Of a stretch of DNA of 64,000 nucleotides, positions 38,834 to 47,832 are shown one piece after another. Position numbers and translations under genes: made by a program. The stretch comes from Candidatus Uhrbacteria bacterium (GTDB taxonomy: Bacteria; Patescibacteriota; Patescibacteriia; UBA9934; GWF2-40-263). Under the pieces are notes generated by a model, which did no database searches, was not told where the DNA came from, and worked only from the letters and a program-made list of their open reading frames with translations. The stretch's first letter is position 1, and the number at the start of each line of letters is the position of its first letter. The DNA lies in contig JAERTI010000056.1 of the NCBI GenBank assembly GCA_016844925.1, positions 6,978-70,977 of the forward strand, written 5' to 3'.

Positions 38834-40696
38834 ATGGGCAAAACAACACCTATGCATTACGGAGAACCCCTCACGAGTAAAACACTCCAGAAACGGTATC
38901 CAAACGTTTACAAAAGTTTTTTTGCCCAAAATGAAGTGGTGGTATCTAGTCAGCAGATGTTATCGCTTATGGCGGGAATGGCTTGGAGAGTTGGGGGTCC
39001 CATCATCACGCAGAAAATCAATCAACGCTGTTACGTTGGTATTTCATCGAAAGGGAAGTCAAAGCAGCTGACGGTAAATAAGAACCTTGCTTATTTTTCA
39101 GACCGAGAGGCATTTGAGGTACCGAAGTACACCACATTGCCCTGGGACAAGGCCTTAGAGACACTCAAAGAGATACTCGAGAAACGATTGGGGCACCCCG
39201 TAGAAGGATTGTCGTTTTCAATCCTTCATGAGATTCCGGAGTCACGGTCATTAGATTCAGGCGTGCCAGTTCTGTTTGTTGTGGCGAGTTTTTTGCATTA
39301 TGGCATTTTGACCGAAGAAGATTTAGCGGAGATCTCAACGCTTCCAAGTGAAGTGATTCAGGCAAAGGCGTGTCGTCTGTCTAAGCTTGTGTTTGAAATC
39401 CATAAGTACGCCTCAAAGCTTAGGCTTCTGTATCAGGCTGGTTCTACATCCGGATACATTGATTATGGATCCTTGATCGCTACAAGTTTTCCGATGCTGT
39501 ATTTTGCTGAGGAGCGAGCTGGGACCGTAGAGAAACCCGTCTTAGACCTCCCGCCCTTAAATGGTTCTGAAAGTTTAGAGAGCCCTCACTTTCACGCATG
39601 GGGATTTCGATTGGATGAGTTGGGAAACATTCATGGAAATTTTCCACTTGATGTCGTTTGGATTTATCCAGGGAGTTACAGAGAGTCAGGAGCGGCAACG
39701 AGGTATACCACAACGGTTGTTGTTCCAAGCTTTGATGACCTACGAGATTATGCGAAGAAACTTTTTTCTCGTATTGAAACGACAGAGGAACACGCGCCTG
39801 CATTCTTGAAAGACATGGATCGCGATGGGGTGTATTGGCAGTATGCTGGGAGGGGGCAGATGGTCTCCAGGCTTCACTTGGTCCGGGATCTGATGCACAT
39901 GTATGAAGATCAATATAGTTCTAGTAAAGCTGCACGTTTTCTTGATTCGCTCAACTCACTCTTTTATGTGAATGGTCCGTTTGAGGAATCACCATCAAAG
40001 AAACTTGAGGCCATGATTGGGATGTTGCGTGAGAAAGCACGCGCTGTAGGAGTGCCTATTGGCATCCGGGCCTACCGCTACGGAAAGATGGATGGAAATA
40101 TCTTGGTCTATTCACCTGCACAGAAGTTTCGTAAAGAGCTCTTTGAGATCATTGAGAACTTGAAGGAACAGTTTGGGAAAGATATTCATGCCGATTTTGT
40201 TTCGTGGCGTGATGGCTGGGGATCTGAAGGAGTCATAACGGAGCAGCTTCTTATGAGGGACATACGTTCTGCGCTCTATCCAAATGGCGCGAAGCAATAC
40301 CTTGTTTGGGATGCCAAAGATGGACTGCAGGAACTTGATGAGTCGAGTATGGAGCAACACAAGCCTGATCTTCTTCTCGATACAATCAAAGGAAAGATCT
40401 ATGTGGGAGGTAAGCCTGTTACGTCAAAAGACATTCCAAGTCAAAAAGGCTCAATAAAAATTCTGACCCATCTTATAGAACATTTAGGGAAGCCTGTGTC
40501 GAATAAAGAACTTCCCGCAAAAACGTATACGTCTTATCGAAATGATCTTCAGGGCAAAATTGTCGGTCCATTGGAGAAATTGATTGAGAAGCGAACAAAA
40601 GGAACGATTGGGTTCACGTTACAGGGGCAGCTCACGGACTTCACTGTCGCGCTCACGCCAAAGCGATTAACCATAGGAATCAAGAAAGAACGGTAA
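38834..40696 (+). CDS. Degenerate GHMP (galactokinase-like) domain fused to a C-terminal winged-helix domain
   Basis: N-terminus aligns by eye to GalK motif 1 and to the IPxGxGLSSS motif (here IPESRSLDSG). C-terminus resembles an OmpR-type wHTH. Confidence 0.55.
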   Translation: MGKTTPMHYGEPLTSKTLQKRYPNVYKSFFAQNEVVVSSQQMLSLMAGMAWRVGGPIITQKINQRCYVGISSKGKSKQLTVNKNLAYFSDREAFEVPKYTTLPWDKALETLKEILEKRLGHPVEGLSFSILHEIPESRSLDSGVPVLFVVASFLHYGILTEEDLAEISTLPSEVIQAKACRLSKLVFEIHKYASKLRLLYQAGSTSGYIDYGSLIATSFPMLYFAEERAGTVEKPVLDLPPLNGSESLESPHFHAWGFRLDELGNIHGNFPLDVVWIYPGSYRESGAATRYTTTVVVPSFDDLRDYAKKLFSRIETTEEHAPAFLKDMDRDGVYWQYAGRGQMVSRLHLVRDLMHMYEDQYSSSKAARFLDSLNSLFYVNGPFEESPSKKLEAMIGMLREKARAVGVPIGIRAYRYGKMDGNILVYSPAQKFRKELFEIIENLKEQFGKDIHADFVSWRDGWGSEGVITEQLLMRDIRSALYPNGAKQYLVWDAKDGLQELDESSMEQHKPDLLLDTIKGKIYVGGKPVTSKDIPSQKGSIKILTHLIEHLGKPVSNKELPAKTYTSYRNDLQGKIVGPLEKLIEKRTKGTIGFTLQGQLTDFTVALTPKRLTIGIKKER

Positions 40697-40781
40697 TCTA
40701 CCGTTCTTTTCATGTTGTTTCAGTAGTTTTCAGAGAAGGGGAATGGCACAGTAGGATTGGCAAAAGCCAAAGGAGAGAGTC

Positions 40782-40970
40782 ATGGCAAAAAAGAAGTGTA
40801 CCGGCTGTGGAACCAGCATCTGGTTTGGTTCCAAGTGCAGCAGCTGCAAGCGACCGAACACGAGCTATTGCTCGGACCACGGTCACTACCTGAACTTCAT
40901 TCGCGGGCGGCAGCGAGGTTGCCCGGAGTGCAGGCAGATGAACGAAGACATCAAGCATGAGTGGGGCTAG
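40782..40970 (+). CDS. Small Cys-rich zinc-ribbon-like protein
   Basis: CTGC, CSSC, CSDH and CPEC in 62 aa. AGGAG SD. Terminator at about 40992-41015. Confidence 0.65.
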   Translation: MAKKKCTGCGTSIWFGSKCSSCKRPNTSYCSDHGHYLNFIRGRQRGCPECRQMNEDIKHEWG

Positions 40971-41149
40971 GATCCGCTCTGCGCGTCACCTGAGCGAGGT
41001 TGCCTCGCTCTTTTTCTCTGTCTCTTTTATCCTCTTCAGATTTTTTCATAGATCTTCAGTATTTTTCATGGTAGCGGTTTTGTAGTCTACAAGTGTCGAT
41101 AGTGTGAGTGGAATGGTTCTGCTCGCCGTCACGACAACAGGAGTGCGAC

Positions 41150-41554
41150 ATGTTTCCCATCGATCCGTTCGGTCCGCCGCCGATGACGCCCTTGTTCCGC
41201 AGTGAGTGCGGCATGGGAGGGAGTGGAGGCCCCATCAACCCGAACCTCGGTCCCAGCGGCTGGGGCAATGGTGGTGTGGGGCTGCAGCCCGGTTACGACA
41301 TCGGACGACCGCTGAACCTCTACCAGGAGGCCCTGCGCTTCTCTCCGCCGCCGGTCGCGCCGCCGCCGATGGAGCCGATCGTGTTCCAGCGGTACGAGCC
41401 CGAGCCCTACGTGGATCTGTACTGGCGCACCGACCTGGTGCCTGACTGCGGAGATGACCTGTGTCACCTCAGCGACGTGCCCTGCTTCATCGAGACTCCG
41501 AAGATCGAGGTCGCGACCATCGTCGAGCCCTTCGTCTTCAGGGACCTGTTCTAG
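41150..41554 (+). CDS. Pro/Gly-rich hypothetical protein (GC3-rich class)
   Basis: AGGAG SD before ATG 41150. Terminator GACCTGCC-CGC-GGCAGGTC-TTTT at about 41570-41593. Confidence 0.55.
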   Translation: MFPIDPFGPPPMTPLFRSECGMGGSGGPINPNLGPSGWGNGGVGLQPGYDIGRPLNLYQEALRFSPPPVAPPPMEPIVFQRYEPEPYVDLYWRTDLVPDCGDDLCHLSDVPCFIETPKIEVATIVEPFVFRDLF

Positions 41555-41693
41555 AACAGGAGCGCTACTGACCTGCCCGCGGCAGGTCTTTTTATGAATC
41601 ATGTTCATAATCATCGAATCGGATTCATCCTAAATCAGTAGCTCAACACATTCATGACTCTGATTTTTTCCGTGCCTGTGTTAGTATCTGGCC

Positions 41694-42875
41694 ATGAAAA
41701 AGATTCTACTTGTATTCCTCTTTGTGGTATTTGCTACGGGAGGGTTTTTGTTCACGTCACGTGACTCACAGGCTGATGAGCCGGTTGTTGAGGAGGTTGT
41801 AGAGGTTGAGCCTGAGGTTCAGGTGGTCGTTGAAGAGTACGTCGTTACGGAAGATGATACATTCACATCCGTGACAGATCATTTCGGCATTCCGTATGCA
41901 GACGCGTTAGCGATTGTAGATACGGCTGAAGACGTTTTTGATTTTACCTCTATCAAGGTTGGCAAGCCGTTCCGACTCGTGTCGGAAGACGGTGTCATGA
42001 GTCGTCTTGAGTATGAGCCGGGAACAGAATATTTTGTTTCCGTGGATTTGTTGTCTGGATTCGTGACGACAAAAGAGGCGATTGCCTATGATATTTCCAT
42101 TGAGCGCGCGGAGGTGACGATTCGTGAGTCTTTGTTTGTCTCAGGGCTCAATGCGGGTCTCTCTGAGGTACTGCTTCTAGACTTTGTTGAGATCTTTGCC
42201 TGGGATGTGGACTTTGCCACGCAGGTTCAAGTCGGAGACACCTACACGATTCTCTATGAGAAGCGTTCTCGAGATGGGGAAGAGGCTGGTGTGGGAGATG
42301 TCCTCTTTGGGAGTTTCACAAATGTGGGAGAGACGTCTGAAGCGTTTAGGTTTGTTGATCCAGAAGGGGAGACAAGCTACTACGATCCAGAAGGTCGTTC
42401 CCTGGCTCGTGAGTTCCTCCGTGCTCCTCTAAGCTATTCACGCATTAGTTCTGGCTACACCAATGCACGTTTTCATCCGGTCGTGAAGAGAAATATGCCT
42501 CATCTGGCCATTGATTACGCGGCACCCTACGGGACCCCCATTGTGGCGGTGGCAGACGGGATGGTCACCTATGCTGGTTGGAATGGGGGATATGGGAATT
42601 ACATCGATATTCGTCACAACAGCGTGTACGAAACGCAGTACGCCCACCTCAGCTCAATGGCTGTTGGTTACGGAGAACGGGTCAAGCAGGGTGAAGTTAT
42701 CGGCTATGTGGGCTCAACAGGTTGGTCAACAGGACCACACCTTCATTACCAAGTAAAAGTGAACGGATCCCTCATGAATCCTCTGGAGGTTGAATTTCCA
42801 AAGGGTGATCCACTGAGCGATGAATTGCTACCGATGTTTGAAGAACAGAAGAAAGAGATTCAGGCGCAGATGTAG
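41694..42875 (+). CDS. M23-family peptidoglycan DD-endopeptidase (MepM-like)
   Basis: HLAIDY, YAHL and STGPHLHY zinc motifs; N-terminal TM. Confidence 0.92.
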   Translation: MKKILLVFLFVVFATGGFLFTSRDSQADEPVVEEVVEVEPEVQVVVEEYVVTEDDTFTSVTDHFGIPYADALAIVDTAEDVFDFTSIKVGKPFRLVSEDGVMSRLEYEPGTEYFVSVDLLSGFVTTKEAIAYDISIERAEVTIRESLFVSGLNAGLSEVLLLDFVEIFAWDVDFATQVQVGDTYTILYEKRSRDGEEAGVGDVLFGSFTNVGETSEAFRFVDPEGETSYYDPEGRSLAREFLRAPLSYSRISSGYTNARFHPVVKRNMPHLAIDYAAPYGTPIVAVADGMVTYAGWNGGYGNYIDIRHNSVYETQYAHLSSMAVGYGERVKQGEVIGYVGSTGWSTGPHLHYQVKVNGSLMNPLEVEFPKGDPLSDELLPMFEEQKKEIQAQM

Positions 42876-42894
42876 TTAATACACGGATCAGAAT

Positions 42895-42926
42895 AAAAAA
42901 CGACTAGTTTGATACTAGTCGTTTTT
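42895..42926. terminator. Bidirectional intrinsic terminator
   Basis: AAAAAACGACTAGT-TTGAT-ACTAGTCGTTTTT. Confidence 0.75.
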
Positions 42927-42972
42927 GTTGGGAGAATACTTAAATAGGTCCTTATTTTATGTCGTGAAAAAA

Positions 42973-43614
42973 TTATTGGTTATCGTTGAAATACATGGCG
43001 TCATTCGTCTCTTTCCAGACGGGGAACTTTTCCATGATGCGCGTGAATAGGGGACTCGCTATGTTCGTGTTGAGCCATGTGCGTAGATGGGTATATTCGG
43101 ATTGGTTAAACCAATCCTTGTTCACATGCGCAAATTGCCTGATGAATGGGAAGATCGCTGCGTCTGTGAATGAGAATGCCTGGCCTGAGAGATGGGCTTG
43201 CTGAGAAAGTTGTTCCTCTAATTTTTGCAAAAACACCTCCCCGCGAGCTCTGTAGACTTCCTCTGGTTCAGGGTGTCTTTGTGCGTACTTATAACAATCA
43301 AGATTCTTCTTGAAATCCCCATCATTTTCTGTGATCAATTCCTCATCTTTTGTTGCAAGCCATGACTCCGGGTCACTCTTAGATAAGGCCCAATCCATGA
43401 TGTCCAAACTTTCATCAATCACCTTGCCGTCAGGTAGTATCAAGACCGGCACAGTCCCTTTTGGGCTTGCTTCAAGCATCGATGCCGGTTTATCTCTCAA
43501 TAGAATCTCACGCAGTTCCACTCGCATGCCACTTGCCGCAATGGCGAGTCGTGCCCGCATCGCATATGGACACCGACGAAATGAATAGAGGATTGGGTGC
43601 GTAGTCGTATTCAT
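42973..43614 (-). CDS. Glutathione S-transferase family protein
   Basis: LYSFRRCPYAMRAR, SPKGTVPVL, ESLDI and DAAIFPFIRQF motifs. Confidence 0.9.
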   Translation of the reverse strand: MNTTTHPILYSFRRCPYAMRARLAIAASGMRVELREILLRDKPASMLEASPKGTVPVLILPDGKVIDESLDIMDWALSKSDPESWLATKDEELITENDGDFKKNLDCYKYAQRHPEPEEVYRARGEVFLQKLEEQLSQQAHLSGQAFSFTDAAIFPFIRQFAHVNKDWFNQSEYTHLRTWLNTNIASPLFTRIMEKFPVWKETNDAMYFNDNQ

Positions 43615-43685
43615 AATGTAGACGCGTTTCAAAATTGCAAAGATGGTCGAGTTGAAGCTGATGATGATTCAGTATCAGCATTGAA

Positions 43686-46649
43686 TCAGTTATCAACGTC
43701 GAGCTCTAGTCCGGTACTCGTCATTTTGAACCCTTTAATCTCAATCTCTCCCGCGTGTACTTTTTTGTGGCAAGCGTTGCACAATGGCACAAGGTTGTAT
43801 TTGTGATCCTTGTGAAAGTGTTTAATGTAGCCATGCTCATTAGCGTTTTTTTGAGGAGCGATATGATGAATCTCCGAGACGGTATCACGACAGAGGCCAC
43901 AGCTCGTAGCGTAGAGATCCTTATTGTAGTTATTGCTTTGTTTTTTGGTGAGCAATGTTAAATCGTCTTCCTCTTGCGCGATTTGCTGACGAATCTTCGC
44001 TGCTAAGGCGAGGAATTTTTTGTCCATGTGTAACGATTCGGCAAACTCTAAACCATACACACTGCTCCCACTGCCTGTTTGCAATGTTCGGTCAAAAATC
44101 AATTTATCTGCTTTCTCATCATAATGAACATGTAAATGAACACTTACTACTTGCGGCAGTGCCTGTAACAAATCAATTCTTTGCAGTTGGTGTAAGTGGG
44201 TGGTGAACATGAATAACGCACCGATTTCTGAAAGACGTTGAATCGTTGCACTGACGATCGCAAGGGCAGAGAGCGTTTCTGTCCCACGACTTATTTCATC
44301 GCCGAGAATGAGACTTCGTGCCGTAGAGCGATTGAAAATGTTTTTCATTTCCATCATTTCCACCGCAAAAGAAGAAAGCCCCTTTTCAAAATTGTCTCTT
44401 GCAATAATGCGAGTAAACAGCTCTTGGAACAGCGTAAATCTCATTTGCTTGGCCGGAACAAAGAAACCACTTTGAGCCAAAATGATACACACACCCAAAC
44501 TTTTCATGAGCGAAGATTTTCCGCTCGAGTTTATTCCGTACAATAGAACGCCACGCGTGTCTTCGTCGGTCATCTTGGCCATGGTGGATGAAGATGTTGA
44601 CGCATCTTGCAACGACTTATCACCCATCACGACGTCGTTGGGAACATAAATCCCGTTTTCTTCGCGGGCTTCTACGAGAGGATGTCGGACATCCAATAAT
44701 TCCAAATAGGACGTTTCTTCAGGGCTGGTAAGAATTTGCGGGCGAACGAGATTATGAATCAAAGAAGCTTTGATATTAGAAAGTGCCACATCAATTTTTC
44801 CAATCGTTGTGATGAGAGTATTCATCAGATCACAATAGTTTGCATCAAGCTGCTCTAATTCACTGCGGAAGAGATTACGAACTAACGCGGAGATTTGTTT
44901 GTTCAAGAGCGAAATTTTCTCAGAAATTTCTCTGATGATTTCCGCCGTGATTTTTACATTGCCGGTTTGAATCTTTACGGTGAAATCACTCAGTGCATAC
45001 ACGGTGCCGTCAATTGATACATAGCTATCAGACAACGCCTGCTCAATTAAAAAGTACCTACTTTTTGTGATCGAAATATGATGTCCATCTTTCTCGAGAT
45101 GTTTAATCACAACATAATCACGTTCTGGCTTACCCGTTTGTTGTTCAATCAAATGAACAAATGCCGTCCGAATGGTTTCTAATTTTTCCTGAAGTTCATT
45201 TTTTTGTTTGATTAAACGATCGATCTCGTCGTTAAATCCGGCTTGAAAGAAACTTTGACTGATTTCACCTTGTGCGTACTTGCTCGTTTCATCCAAATTG
45301 AAAATGGTTTCTAAATGGAGAACAGCTTTTTCTAGGAGAGGTTGTTGCTCAACGAGTTCTGGGACAACGGATGAGCTTTCAATGCTGCTCAGGTGCTTTA
45401 AGATGCTCTGACTCGCAACCAAGGAATCATAAAGAAAATTGATTTCAAATGGATGCAGACGCGTAAGCTGAATGCGGCGTTTTAGGCGGTCAATATCATA
45501 GATATGCTTTAACTCCTCATCAATGTCCGCATAGATATAAATGAGCGCATCAGAGAGATCATAACGAGCCTCCAGTTCCGTTTGGTCAATGATTGGATTC
45601 GTGATTCGTTCCTTGAACAGGCGACGACCAAAACTGGTACGCGTGTTGTCAAGAAAACTGAGCACCGTCTGCTCGTTTGGATTAGGGGAAATGATGTTGA
45701 GTTGTTCGAGTGGATTGTTTCCTAGATACAGGAAGTTTTTGTCATTGATTTGTTGTGGTGCGGTAATGTTTTTCACCACCTCACGGTCATGCTCAATAAT
45801 AAACTCAAGCAAGATGGCCAACGCCTCAGATGCTAAGGGCTTTTTCTCTAAGTTTAAAAATTCAATCGATGATAAAAACGACTTTATGTCATAGCATTGT
45901 TTAAACAATTCGTTTTGATAGCCAATGGGCAAACGCTTGTTGTCCGTATGAACATTCAACTGTTCTGATAACTCTAAATACTGTCGAACGGTTTCTGGAA
46001 CGACATCTTGGCCTCCACACGTGAGCAGGACTTCATTCGGGTCATGCGATTTAAGCAGCGAAAAAAGCTGGTCTAACGCATACGTAGGGTCTTCCTGGGT
46101 ACTGTGAATTTCAAAAACGGACGTTCTCCCAGTGGTCACATCAATGGATGCGTAACCGACCGAGTAATTGTCTTTATGTTTCTCTACGATTAAAGACGTG
46201 GTGAAATTGTCATCGTTGTTGAGACTGTATTCAAAGTTGACTCCAGGAGACAAAATGTTGTCCAGATAACGCGTGACGTTTGGTGGTACACCCTGCTGTT
46301 TGATAATGACAATGGTGTACTTGTTCTCACGGATAAGTTTTTGCACATAGCGATCAAACGTCGCCGTAGGAAAACCAGCCATGAGTGGGTTCTTAACATT
46401 GTTTTCCAGAATGTTTTTGTTTTTTCGCGTCAACTGAATGTTTAAAATTTCAGCAATCTCTTTTGTTTTACCAATCTGCTTCGTTGCATTATCAACCCCG
46501 TAGATTTCAAAAAAAGATCCGACTTCCATCAGTACGACTGTGTCAGTTCCATACTTTTCTTCGAACAGCTCTTGTAGCTGTAAATAGATGGCGATCAATG
46601 ACTGATTTGTATCGTCAAGTAGCTCTTGAACACGTGCATGTATACCCAT
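43686..46649 (-). CDS. MutS-family ATPase with C-terminal HNH endonuclease (MutS7-like)
   Basis: Domain I EVGSFFEIY. ATPase motifs GINSSGKS, SSFAVEM, GDEISRGT and TTHLH. C-terminal CGLC...EIHHI...NLVPLCNACHKKVH. Confidence 0.9.
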   Translation of the reverse strand: MGIHARVQELLDDTNQSLIAIYLQLQELFEEKYGTDTVVLMEVGSFFEIYGVDNATKQIGKTKEIAEILNIQLTRKNKNILENNVKNPLMAGFPTATFDRYVQKLIRENKYTIVIIKQQGVPPNVTRYLDNILSPGVNFEYSLNNDDNFTTSLIVEKHKDNYSVGYASIDVTTGRTSVFEIHSTQEDPTYALDQLFSLLKSHDPNEVLLTCGGQDVVPETVRQYLELSEQLNVHTDNKRLPIGYQNELFKQCYDIKSFLSSIEFLNLEKKPLASEALAILLEFIIEHDREVVKNITAPQQINDKNFLYLGNNPLEQLNIISPNPNEQTVLSFLDNTRTSFGRRLFKERITNPIIDQTELEARYDLSDALIYIYADIDEELKHIYDIDRLKRRIQLTRLHPFEINFLYDSLVASQSILKHLSSIESSSVVPELVEQQPLLEKAVLHLETIFNLDETSKYAQGEISQSFFQAGFNDEIDRLIKQKNELQEKLETIRTAFVHLIEQQTGKPERDYVVIKHLEKDGHHISITKSRYFLIEQALSDSYVSIDGTVYALSDFTVKIQTGNVKITAEIIREISEKISLLNKQISALVRNLFRSELEQLDANYCDLMNTLITTIGKIDVALSNIKASLIHNLVRPQILTSPEETSYLELLDVRHPLVEAREENGIYVPNDVVMGDKSLQDASTSSSTMAKMTDEDTRGVLLYGINSSGKSSLMKSLGVCIILAQSGFFVPAKQMRFTLFQELFTRIIARDNFEKGLSSFAVEMMEMKNIFNRSTARSLILGDEISRGTETLSALAIVSATIQRLSEIGALFMFTTHLHQLQRIDLLQALPQVVSVHLHVHYDEKADKLIFDRTLQTGSGSSVYGLEFAESLHMDKKFLALAAKIRQQIAQEEDDLTLLTKKQSNNYNKDLYATSCGLCRDTVSEIHHIAPQKNANEHGYIKHFHKDHKYNLVPLCNACHKKVHAGEIEIKGFKMTSTGLELDVDN

Positions 46650-46694
46650 AACGCCCTACATTTTAGCAACTCTCGCAATAAAATCTAGTAAGAC

Positions 46695-46722
46695 AAAAAA
46701 CCACCATTGCTGGTGATTTTTT
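46695..46722 (-). terminator. Displaced tRNA-Asn terminator just outside the left att site
   Basis: AAAAAACCACCA-TTGC-TGGTGATTTTTT directly abutting the TGGCTC core repeat. Confidence 0.6.
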
Positions 46723-46724
46723 CT

Positions 46725-46799
46725 TGGCTCCCGCTACTGGACGCATTCAGAACAGCGAAATGGTCAGATTTGAAGCCGATGATGGTTCAGTTTGTTTGA
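46725..46799 (+). other. Displaced 3' end of the recombinase gene (WLPLLDAFRTAKWSDLKPMMVQFV*)
   Basis: Open frame from the TGG-CTC core to TGA at 46797-46799, in the same codon register as TGG-CTC at 52134 in the recombinase. Confidence 0.7.
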
Positions 46800-46800
46800 G

Positions 46801-47190
46801 CTACTTTTTGAATCTTTCGACTCGTGTTGAATAGTCAGCATAATCGAAGGTCACTACTGCAATCCAAAACAAGAACAATGCCAATCGAAAGACAAGAACA
46901 TTTCCGACCATCAATACGAGCAGTACATCCAATGTAATAAAGAGCATTCCGATCACAATCATTGAAAAGAACGTTGTAACATGACCCCAGATGAGGGCAT
47001 TTTTTGTTTCGGCATTCTTGTAACTGTAAATGAAGTTTGATGTGATGGGGGCTATGACGATCAGTCCAACAAAAAGAAGTAAGGTATCCAATCTTTCAAC
47101 TGGCATTCGAGCAACTTCGTGTTGCGTGAGTATGTAGAAAGGAATAAGCACCACATGTATTAGAATGTTTTTTGAGACAATCGATTTCAT
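46801..47190 (-). CDS. 4-TM hypothetical membrane protein (element cargo)
   Basis: Four hydrophobic segments; AT-rich. Confidence 0.65.
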   Translation of the reverse strand: MKSIVSKNILIHVVLIPFYILTQHEVARMPVERLDTLLLFVGLIVIAPITSNFIYSYKNAETKNALIWGHVTTFFSMIVIGMLFITLDVLLVLMVGNVLVFRLALFLFWIAVVTFDYADYSTRVERFKK

Positions 47191-47205
47191 AAAAGTTTGT
47201 ATTTG

Positions 47206-47415
47206 TTACTTGTTTTTTGGAGTATACGTAATCATTTCCTTTCCGTAATACTCATTCACGGCAGCGGCGGCGGCAACTTTGAGCTGCTCCAGCTCTTTCT
47301 GTGAACTCAAAGGTTCATTGTTCATCATTTTTTCGATCAAAAGAGAGTTCAATTTTGTTTGAAATTGAAGTTCAATGATCGTTTTTCCAATGTCGATGTC
47401 TCCGATTTTGATCAT
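47206..47415 (-). CDS. Small hypothetical protein (element cargo)
   Basis: 69 aa ORF tightly packed with its neighbours. Confidence 0.55.
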   Translation of the reverse strand: MIKIGDIDIGKTIIELQFQTKLNSLLIEKMMNNEPLSSQKELEQLKVAAAAAVNEYYGKEMITYTPKNK

Positions 47416-47416
47416 A

Positions 47417-47746
47417 CTATCTTGTATTTACCTCCTGTCGCAGGCTTTCGTTTTCTTCCTGCAAAATCCGAATCTGCTCCAAGAGCGAGGAATAGGCTTC
47501 TCCACGGTCATTCAACAACTCTTCAATCACTTGATCATTTGAAGAAACTTCACCTTTTGTCTCGTATACGATCTTACCAAGGTCAATCATCTCGGTAAGC
47601 ACGAAAACAAACGCAGCAACAACAAAAGCTACCAAAATGTAGCTCATAGTATTTTGTTGGATTTGTTGTGCGTGGTATTTGATCCTGTCCGTAATGGTCA
47701 GATCGCCACCCGTTTCGATTTTCAGTTTTTCATCGGGCATACTCAT
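47417..47746 (-). CDS. 1-TM coiled-coil hypothetical protein (element cargo)
   Basis: Central TM and a C-terminal heptad pattern. Confidence 0.6.
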   Translation of the reverse strand: MSMPDEKLKIETGGDLTITDRIKYHAQQIQQNTMSYILVAFVVAAFVFVLTEMIDLGKIVYETKGEVSSNDQVIEELLNDRGEAYSSLLEQIRILQEENESLRQEVNTR

Positions 47747-47832
47747 TACAATTTTGTCACATCACTTGAATGCGTAAAGTATAGCAAAATAGCAGTTTTT
47801 TCGGTAGTATTACCGTAAATTGACCCAAAGAT

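Noticed and set aside
42935-42972. Possible dif site (TTATGT half-site)
   Set aside because: Only a short partial match to the XerD arm; no convincing 28-bp dif architecture.
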